Positions 13,591 to 23,732 of a stretch of DNA of 42,274 bases are shown here, in pieces (within the stretch, counting starts at the first letter, position 1; each line of letters opens with the position of its first letter). The position numbers and the translations under genes are program-made. The stretch comes from Octopus sinensis. Lineage: Eukaryota. The DNA lies in contig NW_021835941.1 of the NCBI RefSeq assembly GCF_006345805.1, forward strand, positions 1 through 42,274, given 5' to 3'. The notes under the pieces were generated by a model. That model did no database searches. It was not told the DNA's origin and saw only the letters and a list, made by a program, of their open reading frames with translations.

Positions 13591-13680
13591 GTGAATTTAC
13601 AAAAAAAAAGATGAAGACGGGTGTGTAAACAACAAACAGATGTATTAGTTTAACGGTCGGAAAGTGAGAAAGTCTTTTAT
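13591..13680 (-). mobile_element. Family A 3' fragment starting at the predicted cleavage site
   Basis: Homology begins at TA-AAAGAC (13679) and continues to ...ACTAATACATCTGTTTGTTG. Confidence 0.7.
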
Positions 13681-14142
13681 GCATGTATGTATGTATATAT
13701 CTGCCTATCTGGCACTCTCTCCCGATATATATAGATAACATTCCTGTTTAACAATTAGACATCTCTCATCATTATACTCCTGTTGAAAAACTTATCTAGA
13801 GATATTTATGCAATAATGGATAAGCAGTGAACATATTTTAGTTTTGAAATCAAGTGTGACATCAAAAAAGCTCATTAGCAGATCTGAAAAAGTTAGAACA
13901 AAGTTAGAATCAAAACGAATATATTCATATCTTCAATTAAACACCTTTTTAAAAGAGGACCCTTAACCCTTCTACACACGATGCATATACATACGTATGT
14001 ATACAAACAACATACATACATACATACATACATACATACATACATACATACATGCATACATATATAAATATATATATATATATGTGTGTGTGTGTATATA
14101 TATATATATAGGTATGCATACACACATATATATCTATCTATG

Positions 14143-14175
<33 letters not shown>

Positions 14176-14315
14176 ATTTATGTATGTTGTGTGTATGTAT
14201 ACATGTACATATACTTTGAGATGTATGAATCCAAATTCAAATATATTTTCCGTGTTTACATCATTACAATGGCTATACACGCTCACATTTAATGTATATT
14301 TGTGATATATATATG

Positions 14316-14373
<58 letters not shown>

Positions 14374-14437
14374 AATATATATATAAATATAAATGTATAT
14401 ACATATATATATCTGTATAAATTATATATATATACAT

Positions 14438-14472
<35 letters not shown>

Positions 14473-14841
14473 CATACATATGCATATGTATTTATGTGTG
14501 TGTGTAAATGTGTATGTGTATGAGTGTGCGTGTAACTGACCGTATATACCATTATTAACGACATTTCCTCTAAGCAAGTCTAATTCTTTTACAGGTAAGG
14601 AAATCAAGGAAGAAACTCAGAGAATTGAAGTAACGTGTTTATTAGCAAGAATTAGAAACACATGGATTTGATGGAAGAATGTGATATCGTTCGGGAAAAC
14701 AAAGGACAAAGCAAAACAACTAAAACACAGATTTAGAAATGGTAGAATTAGCAGACAAATGTAGAGTACCAGTGTCGTCACAGGTCGAAGATCAACCACG
14801 GGTCACATGTAAGAGAGTCGTTCTTATTAATCTCTTGCAAG

Positions 14842-15007
14842 ACGGTATTTCGTTTGTCTTTCGTTCTGAGTCCAAATTCCGCCGAGGTCGACTTTGCCTT
14901 TCAGCCTTCGAGGGTCGTTAAATTAAATACCAGTTGCGTATTGAGGCCGATCTAATCGACTGGCCCCTTCCCCCAAAATTTTGGGCCTTGTGCCAACAAT
15001 AGAAAAG
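14842..15007 (+). mobile_element. SINE family 2 (tail B), 5'-truncated, with 16-bp TSD
   Basis: Family body GGTCGACTTTGCCTTTCA. TSD ATTAATCTC[T/C]TGCAAG at 14826-14841 and 15008-15023. Confidence 0.9.
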
Positions 15008-15310
15008 ATTAATCTCCTGCAAGGCATCGCAACGGTTTCGTCGTGATGTTTTCGTAGCAGCCTGCTCAGCCGTGTCAGGTCAATTTCCTGACGCTCATAT
15101 TTTTTGGGGTTTTTTATCTTGTAAACTGCCCAAGCCTGAACACCGTTTTCCAAAAGACCCAAATAAGATGGAATGGACATCTTAGTTGTATCATTACATG
15201 TCCGAGTAGTTCTTCTATTTAGGGCGAACTCGGTTAGGCAGAGAGAATTGTTTGTCAGTAAAAGAAGGTACCAGGTATTGCTTAAAAGCATTTCTACAAA
15301 ATAAGTAAAT

Positions 15311-15723
15311 AGGCACAGGAGTGGCTGTGTGGTAAGTAGCTTGTTTACCAACCACATGGTTCCGGGTTCAGTCCCACTGCGTGGCACCTTGGGCAAGTGT
15401 CTTCTGCTATAGCCTCGGGCCGACCAAAGCCTTGTGAGTGGATTTGGTAGACGGAAACTGAAAGAAGCCCGTCGTATATATGTATATATATATATATATA
15501 TGCGTGTGTGTGTTTGTGTGAGTGTGTTTGTTCCCCTAGCATTGCTTGACAACCGATGCTGGTGTGTTTATGTCCCCGTTACTTAGCGGTTCGGCAAAAG
15601 AGACCGATAGAATAAGTACTGGGCTTACAAAAAGAATAAGTCCCGGGGTCGAGTTGCTCGATTAAAGGTGGTGCTCCAGCATGGCCGGAGTCAAATGACT
15701 GAAACAAGTAAAAGAGTAAAGAG
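15311..15723 (+). mobile_element. Full-length CORE-type SINE family 1 with 9-bp TSD
   Basis: A-box-like TGGCTGTGTGG, B-box-like GGTTCAGTCCC, ACCTTGGGCAAGTGTCTT. TSD TAAGTAAAT at 15302-15310 and 15724-15732. Confidence 0.92.
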
Positions 15724-15868
15724 TAAGTAAATAAATAAATAAAATATTGTGATGTTTCCCTGGAAGCTGCTTGTCCAAAAGCGACTCGACCAGCGCAGAT
15801 AACAAGAATCGCATTTGCTACGAAAGAAACGCTCACTCTGCAAAGCCAGAGTTAATGGAATCTCACGT

Positions 15869-16002
15869 AAGGCGGTGAGCTGGCAGAACCGTTAGCACGC
15901 CGGGCGAAATGCTTTGTGGTATTTCGTCTGCCGTTACGTTCTGAGTTCAAATTCAGCCGAGGTCGACTTTGCCTTTCATCCTTTCGGGGTCGATAAATTA
16001 AG
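15869..16002 (+). mobile_element. SINE family 2, 3'-truncated
   Basis: Head AAGGCGGTGAGCTGGCAGAA, B-box-like GAGTTCAAATTC, body to GATAAATTAAG. Confidence 0.9.
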
Positions 16003-16382
16003 CCCCCCCCCATATATATACCTAAGTAACATTGATTTTATTATATTTTCTTCATTGTTTTACTCCAACTCTAAATTATTCATACCTCACACCCATCCCT
16101 GACCCCCTCACCAGGAAGCATATTTTTCCCTCCGTATTCATTCCTTGTTTCTAGTAGCTCGTTTCATAATTGTTTATTTGTATTTCTTTTTACTGTTCCA
16201 TATTTTGCCAAATTATTTCCTTGTCCTGTTATCGAGGGACAACTTTGTATCTATATTTGCATTCATAAGAGATGGCATTAGCAGAGTTTTCTTTCTTTTA
16301 ACATGATGTATTAGAGGACTTAAGGAAAACATGTCTATCTGCGTTATGTGGCAGTATACGAGTATATGTGTGAGTTCAACAA

Positions 16383-16445
<63 letters not shown>

Positions 16446-16849
16446 AATCTATCTATCTTTCTATGTATCTATCTATCTATATAATATGACATATATATTG
16501 TATATATATATAATATATACTGTATATATAGGATTATATATATATGTGTATATATATATATATATAAATATATATATATAGGTGTGTATATGTTGTATAT
16601 ACGTACACATACACCCACACGCATACACTCACACGCATACACTCACACGCATACACTCACACGCACACGCACAACGCACGTACAAATCCACACACATATG
16701 CATAACAGCTTGCAAACACATACATATACAAATACACTTAGGAGCTTAGCTACACATATATGTGTATACATACATATATATATACATAGATACATATATA
16801 TATATATATGTGTACATGTATATGTATATATGTGTGAGTGTGTGTGTGT

Positions 16850-16934
<85 letters not shown>

Positions 16935-17259
16935 TGAATATATAAGTGATCACATTGAAATCGTTGGGAGATGTGATGACCTCGATTGCATCTTTGGTGA
17001 TAATGGCAATGATTAAAGATTCTAAATGTGTTGCTGCTGCTGCAAGTGCTGCTGGTGCTGCTACTGCAGATGATTATGATGATGACGATGTTGAGATGAG
17101 TCTGGTGATGAAGAAACTAATGACAAGTGTGGTGATGATATCCATAATTATAATGATGTTGATAAATATGATGATGACGAGGAGGTAGGAGGAGTAAGAG
17201 GCAGAGGGGTAGGAAGAGGAGAACAAAGATGGCGGGAATGACAAATTCAATAATAGATA

Positions 17260-17260
17260 G

Positions 17261-17291
<31 letters not shown>

Positions 17292-17587
17292 GATGGTGAT
17301 GATGATAATAATGGCGATAAGGAAGAGGAAATGGAGGACGGGAGGATGGGAATGATGATGATAATGATGGTGATGAAGACATTAATGAGGCGAATGATAA
17401 GTTTGATAATAGATGATGATGATGATGATGGTGATGATAGTAATAATGATGATGGCAATGATGAAGATGATGATAATGATGATGATGTTGGTGATGATAA
17501 TCATGATAGTGATGATGGTGATGATAACGTTGATGATGTTGATGATGATGACGATGATGATGGTGATGATAATGATGATGATGATGG

Positions 17588-17618
<31 letters not shown>

Positions 17619-17760
17619 GATGATGATGATGATGGTGATGATGATGGTGATGATGATGATGGTGATGATGAAAATAATAAAAATGATGATGATAAAGATG
17701 ACGATGATGATGATGGCGATGATGATATTAAGAGCGATTATGATTATGAAAAGACGACGG
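17260..17760. repeat. Degenerate (GAT)n trinucleotide tract
   Basis: Direct reading; source of the poly-Asp and poly-Met ORFs. Confidence 0.95.
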
Positions 17761-18776
17761 TAATGATGACGGATGGTTGCGATAGGTAGCGATAGCGTCG
17801 ACGGTGGCGGCCACAGTGCTGCCGGTGCTTGTGGCGGCGGAGGCGGTGGCGGCTGCGGCGGCGGCGGTGGAGGCAGTGGTGATTTATCCGCCCCAAGAAA
17901 AGTGGGTAAAGCGGGAAGGATGTCAATCGTCGTGGGACCGTAGACAGGACAGCGCTGTTTGTTAGCAGAGTCGGCAATGGCAGCGGCTCTTTCGCTCTCC
18001 GATCACGTAGGATGATATTATTAGGCGCTAATTCAATCTGCTACTAACACCTAACACTGCCACACTACCACCCATACATAACTGGCACACACACACACAC
18101 GCGCACGCACGCACACACATACTCACGCATACACACACGGACGCACACACACGTATGCACACACGCGCATGCACTCGCGCATGCACACACACGCATGTAC
18201 TCGCATATACACACACATACATATACATATACACAAGCACACACAATACACACACATACATATACATATACACAAACACACACACGCACGCATGTATACA
18301 CACGAACAGATAGACGCACACATACACGTACACATACATATACACACGCATATACGCACACACATACACACACACGCATATATATACGTGCACACACGCA
18401 CAACCACGTATACAGACATCTACATCCACGAACACCCACTCACACTTACGTATGCATACCCCAACTCCCGCATATATATACACACCCACACGGACGTACG
18501 TAGAAACACACGCTCCCACATACACTCGTATAGAAACATCTACACACACAGCCACAAACACGCACTCACACACATACACGCACACAAATACACACACACA
18601 TGCACACAACACATGCCAACACAAACACACACCAACCCTTGCACGTGAGTTCGTGGACGCGTGTAAGCACACGCGCAATTACACATACATGTATCCACGC
18701 TAATATATATATATATATATATGCACACATATATATACATACATATATATATATAAATATACATATACATATATAT

Positions 18777-18837
<61 letters not shown>

Positions 18838-19523
18838 CATACATATATATATAAATATATACACACCCATGCTGACTTATATAGAAACACTCGCTGACAC
18901 ATACATGCACATAGACAAACACATACGCACACATACACACACACGTACGCATATGCACTCTTACACCTGTTCATGGATACGAACGTCTAAACACTTACAT
19001 ACGCACCTGCTCATACACATTCACATACGCTCTCCTTTACACGTACACAGCCATCTGTATATATATATATATATATACAGACACACACACACACACACAC
19101 ACACTCACACGCACATGTGTATATATATACACACACATTCACATATACACATCTATACAAACATCTACGTACACATACACATGCCTTCATACACATATTT
19201 AAATACATACACACGCACACATACGCATACAAACACAGATAGATAAACGTGTACCAACATCGATGCACGCATTCACGCGCACAAACACGTGCACATACAC
19301 ATATATACACACCTACACGCCGACCCCGCGCTGTACACATACGTATAAAGACTAACATACACACATTCAATCACATTCACGCAAACACACAAAAACGCAT
19401 TCTTTTGCATATGTATACACACATAAATTTTACCATAATCCTTTGTATGCCATTTCCATTATCTCTAATAACAAGACCACAACTAACTCAACCTTCAAAA
19501 TCACTCCACCAACATATACACAA

Positions 19524-19575
<52 letters not shown>

Positions 19576-19772
19576 GGGAGAGTTTACGAAAAAACAAAAG
19601 ACGAAGACAGGTGGTGTACAAAACAAACAGATGTATTAGTATAACGCTCAGAAATAGAAAAAAATCTTTTACGTTTCGAGCCTACGCTCTTCTACAGTAA
19701 GGGACACAGATAAAAAAACAAGGAGAGAAACAAGGAGAGAAAAAAATGTGGGTAGTGGCTAACGATCTATTA
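19576..19772 (-). mobile_element. Family A HHR-bearing repeat (motif at 19666-19701), ending on (TA)n
   Basis: CTTA-CTGTAGA-A-GAGC(GTAG)GCTC-GAAA-CG-TA-AAAG. Co-linear with 28823-29003. Confidence 0.85.
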
Positions 19773-20012
19773 TGCATTATATATGTATATATAATTTAAA
19801 ATAATCAGGGTGAAAAATTGAATATTAATTTGATTAATATCAATTTAAAACCAGTGGTCTAGCATATAGAAAAATTTGAGGGTTCAGAAAAATTATATTA
19901 CATACATATAAGAGGGATGACCACTAAATTTTCTTGAGAACATTCCTTTCTTTGTGGTAAGATCATGGGGGGCAACTTCTAGCATAATTGATGTCCACTT
20001 AGTGGTCACAGA

Positions 20013-20211
20013 TTTTTGTCAGTGAACAGGTCGCGGTCTTAAAGCGACGAAAATATTTTGACAAATTAAACTTAAATGTTGAAGTGAATCGAATGGCTTT
20101 TGTGTGTTTCTTAAATGGCTTACGAACACCTTCCACGCTGCAATTGTTTTCGTTTCAGCACACGATCTCAGATCAAATCACTTGCTATGCAAGTACATCT
20201 CTGTAAATCTC
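20013..20211 (+). mobile_element. HHR-bearing repeat, family B, ending on (TA)n
   Basis: HHR fold at the 5' end, then about 145 nt, then the (TA)n run at 20212-20232. Same layout as family A. Only one copy seen in this window, so repeat status is inferred. Confidence 0.55.
20015..20065 (+). ncRNA. Type I hammerhead-like motif with swapped G3:C8 pair
   Basis: TTTGTCA-GTGAACA-G-GTCGC(GGTCTTAAA)GCGAC-GAAA-ATA-TTT-TGACAAA. 7-bp stem I, 5-bp stem II, palindromic AATATT stem III, H17=U. Confidence 0.75.
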
Positions 20212-20232
20212 TTATATATATATATATATATA

Positions 20233-20420
20233 GCTAATCCAAACAAGAAAGCACAAAAAAACACAACAACGCGAGGACGTGGAACAAATATAGTATTATT
20301 GGACGCTCAGGAAAGAAGGAGGGTTTAACGTTTCGAGCGGAGCTCTTCGTCGGAAACATAGGAAAAGGAAAGACCCAGAGAAGGGAAGACAGAGGGAAAA
20401 AATCGCCAACGGTACACATT
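20233..20420 (-). mobile_element. HHR-bearing repeat, family A' (relative of A), ending on (TA)n
   Basis: Shares GAGC..GCTCGAAACGT and CCTGAGCG with family A. Its 3' end abuts (TA)n at 20212-20232. Confidence 0.7.
20323..20357 (-). ncRNA. Minimal type I hammerhead-like motif, U4C core
   Basis: GTTT-CCGACGA-A-GAGC(TCC)GCTC-GAAA-CG-TT-AAAC. Stem I co-varies with family A (GTTT/AAAC versus CTTT/AAAG). Confidence 0.65.
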
Positions 20421-20424
20421 TTGA

Positions 20425-20427
<3 letters not shown>

Positions 20428-20493
<66 letters not shown>
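20428..20493. repeat. (TAA)n microsatellite
   Basis: Direct reading; abuts the 3' end of the family C element. Confidence 0.95.
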
Positions 20494-20494
<1 letters not shown>

Positions 20495-20752
20495 GGGAGT
20501 ATAACTCCGAACTTACAGGGAAAAATTCAATTTAGTATTAAATCAAATTTCACAATATAAAAGTCGTTTATATAATATATAAATTAGATAAATTCTGTTG
20601 TGTCTGGGGAGAGTCATTTTCTTTTTGTGCCTTATAATATAACACACTCACCGGTAAAATTTCCATCTTTTTCTTATTTTTATTTTCCTAAAATTTTCGT
20701 TGCGTCTTGCAATCTTTTCAATAGTTTTGACTATTGAAAAGGTTGCAAGACG
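20494..20752 (-). mobile_element. HHR-bearing repeat, family C, with an inverted partial duplication at its 5' end
   Basis: HHR fold at 20688-20724, then about 195 nt, ending ACTCCCT-(ATT)n. A 23-bp inverted copy of the HHR 5' half lies at 20730-20752. Confidence 0.55.
20688..20724 (-). ncRNA. Minimal type I hammerhead-like motif with U3:A8 pair
   Basis: CTA-TTGAAAA-G-[A/G]TTGC(AAGAC)GCAAC-GAAA-A-TTT-TAG. Palindromic AATT stem III. The inverted duplicate supplies G at position 10.1. Confidence 0.6.
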
Positions 20753-20826
20753 AAATTTGAAATAAGAATGTAATAACGGACGAAATGCCGCTAAGCATTT
20801 TGCCTGGCGCTCTAAAGACTCTGCTA
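20749..20826 (-). mobile_element. SINE family 2 head fragment
   Basis: Minus strand reads GCAGAGTCTTTAGAGCGCCAGGCAAAATGCTTAGCGGCATTTCGTCCG, homologous to the family 2 head. Confidence 0.7.
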
Positions 20827-20851
20827 ATATATATATATATGTATATATATA

Positions 20852-20908
20852 ACCTGTTCCGTTGATTGGATCAATTGGAACCCTCGTCGTCATAACCGAC
20901 GGAGTGCA
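20852..20908 (+). mobile_element. SINE family 3 tail fragment
   Basis: CTGTTCCGTTGATTGGATCAATTGGAACCCTCGTCGTCATAACCGACGGAGTGC. Confidence 0.8.
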
Positions 20909-21303
20909 GTAAATTCTATCGGTTCTTTATTAGTCTTGTCAAGGGCCGTGAATTTCATTTTAGTTGGAGAATTGCGAGGTTCCGTCTCATGGGGTTTGCG
21001 CTCCACTTCAGACGGGAACTGCCGTCCACTTCGCAGGAAATGTTGTCCTTCTCTCGTCACGATAGATCGATGGGGTCTATTCTAACGGAGACAATCTTCT
21101 CACCAGAAAATATTTCCTCTTTACAAGAGTTGTCTTCCTACTCAGACATTATCATCACCTTCTAAAAGTTTTCTTTATTTCGTGTGGATGTTACGTAAAG
21201 ATTTTCTTGTAGCTAACTACGAAGTAAACTTCTCATAGCATGCTATTCTTGTTGCCGTGGCTAACTCTCTTTCTATCTCCTCTTTATTGTTGTTGTTTGT
21301 TCC

Positions 21304-21595
21304 TTCTCGAGCCACATCTGGCTCTTAAGGGCCGGGTCCCGGTTTCCTTGGTGTATAGGTTCCCCACCTGGACGGGACGCTGGTCCGTCGCAGGTGAGCT
21401 GCAAGATGCAGGAGGAAAGAGTGAGATAAAGTTGTGGCGAAAGAGTCAGCAGAAATTCGCCATTAAATTCTGCCGGAGATGCATGGAGCTTAGGTGTTTC
21501 GCTCATAAACAGACACATTGTCCGGTCTGAGATTCGAACCCGCGATCCCTCGACCGCGAGTCCACTGCTCTAACCACAAGGCCATGTGCCTCCGC
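21304..21595 (-). mobile_element. tRNA-derived SINE family 4 (V-domain-like)
   Basis: tRNA-like head with B box GGTTCGAATC and GCGACGGACCAGCGTCCCGTCCAGG. Homologous to 29686-29984. Confidence 0.75.
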
Positions 21596-21630
21596 CCTCT
21601 TTATTGTAATTGCTGGTTATTGTCGGATGA

Positions 21631-21868
21631 AAGGCAGCGAGCTGGCAGAATCGTTAGCACGTCGGGCGAAATGTTTAGCAGTATTTCGTCTGTCTTTGTG
21701 TTCTGAGTTCAAATTCTGCCGAGGTCGACTTTGCTTTCATCCTTCCGGGGTCGATAAATTAAATACCAGTTGCATGCTGGGATCGATGTAATCGACTTAA
21801 TCCGTTTGTCTGCCCTTGTTTGTCCCCCTCTGTGCTTAGCCCCTTGTGAGTAGTAAAGAAATAGGTAT
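21631..21868 (+). mobile_element. SINE family 2, full length, tail A (Tx1-like tail)
   Basis: Head, body and tail TTTGTCCCCCTCTGTGCTTAGCCCCTTGTGAGTAGTAAAGAAATAGG. Confidence 0.9.
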
Positions 21869-22182
21869 GTCCCGAATAGTTTGGGCTTGTACTTTCAGCC
21901 CTTTTACGGTCCTGAAGACCTGAAGATATACCGCCATGTATTCTTTCATCGCTAATAAAAGAAATTTCAATCAATATTTCTACGAGATCGATTTTTGACC
22001 TCTGATTGAATGAAACGAAGAACCATTGTGGCTTCGGCAAGGCACATAATCTTGCCCTTCTCTCGCTTTCCTGGGTGAGAGAGATTCTGTTGGCGACCAC
22101 AGCGTTTGTTGTGACTGATTCTTCGGTCCCTGGTTGCTCCTTGACAACAACATCCGGGTATTTACACAATACTTATTACTGG

Positions 22183-22369
22183 TTTCAACGTTTGGCACAA
22201 GGCCAGCAATTTCGGGGGTGGGGGATCATGTCAATTACATCGACTCCAGTGCTCAACTAGTACTTATTTTATCGCACTCCCGAAAGGATGGCAGACTAAG
22301 TCAACCTCGGTGGAATTTGAACTCAGAACGTAAAGACGAACGAAATGCCAGCAAGCATTCTGCCCGGCG
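22183..22369 (-). mobile_element. SINE family 2, tail B
   Basis: Family body plus tail CCCCGAAATTGCTGGCCTTGTGCCAAACGTTGAAA. Confidence 0.85.
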
Positions 22370-22381
22370 ACAGTTGTTCTT

Positions 22382-22431
<50 letters not shown>

Positions 22432-22456
22432 GGTGGTGGTGGCGGTGGTAGTTGTT

Positions 22457-22491
<35 letters not shown>

Positions 22492-23294
22492 TGCAGCAGT
22501 AGTAGCAGCAGCAGCAGCAGTAGTAGTAATAGTAGTAGTAGTAGTACTGGTGGTTGTGGTGGTAGTAATGGTGGTAGTGAACGTGGTGGATGTTGCAGTA
22601 GTGGTTGTGGTGTGACGGATGAAGTGGCGGTGGAGGTTGTAACAGTAGTAGTATTAGTGGTGGTGGTGGTGTTTGTGGTGATGGTGGTGATGGTGGTGGT
22701 GGCAGCGGCGGCGGCAGTGGTGGTGGTCGTGGTGGTGGTCGTGGTGGTGGCCGTCGTTGTTGTTATGATGGCAATAGCGATGGTACAGAGATGGTAATAA
22801 AGATGGCGACAGGGTGATTGTTAGCGGTGTCGACGGTGGCGGCGAGGGATTTTTGTTTGCGGATAATTACATAGGTTTGTGGATTAAATAATATTAGCTT
22901 GATCGATATTGGTCATGGAGCAAATAATGTTGCAAGTTTATGCAGCATTAGACAGCATTAACACACTGATTGATATTTTTATTGATCTCTATCCGATCTG
23001 CTTTGTTTGGTGTTGATCTACGAGGGAGTCCATAAATCGGTAGACTTCAGAAAAGAGATCGATATAATGTGGAATGGATCGGAAGGATGGGAAAGGAGCG
23101 ATGTGGGGGATGATGGTGGGGGAGTGGGGGGGATAATGACAAGTAATAGTTGGTAATTGTTTATCGATCACCGTCAAATATTTGTAGTATTTCAAACGAA
23201 CATAAGCTGTTTTGATTAGTTTCTCTTCCTTGTAACAATTTGCCCCTCTCCCCCTCTTTCTCCCTTTCTATACATGTGTGTGTGTGTGTGTATA

Positions 23295-23497
23295 TACTCT
23301 TTTAATTGTTTCAGTCATTTGACTGCGGCCATGCTGGAGCACCACCTTTAGTCGAGCAAATCGACCCCAGGACTTATTCTTTGTAAGCCCAGTACTTATT
23401 CTATCGGTCCCTTTTGCCGAACCGCTAAGTGACGGGGACGTAAACACACCAGCATCGGTGGTCAAGCAATGCTAGGGTGACAAACACAAACACAAAC

Positions 23498-23528
<31 letters not shown>

Positions 23529-23695
23529 CATATATACGACAGGCTTCTTTCAGTTTCCGTCTACCAAATCCACTCACAAGGCATTAGTCGGCCCGGGGCT
23601 ATAGCAGAAGACACTTGCCCAAGGTGTCACGCAGTGGGACTGAACCCGGAACCATGTGGTTGGTTAGCAAGCTACTTACCACACAGCCACTCCTC
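23295..23695 (-). mobile_element. CORE-type SINE family 1
   Basis: Co-linear with 15311-15723. Confidence 0.92.
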
Positions 23696-23701
23696 CATAT
23701 G

Positions 23702-23732
<31 letters not shown>

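Noticed and set aside
17229-17789. 186-aa Asp-rich ORF resembling an acidic biomineral protein
   Set aside because: It coincides with a (GAT)n tract, overlapping frames are also open, and there is no signal peptide or splice context.
20930-21110. Minus-strand frame containing HFLRSGRQ, possibly a retroelement N-terminus
   Set aside because: A single short motif flanked by stops, with no other family hallmark.
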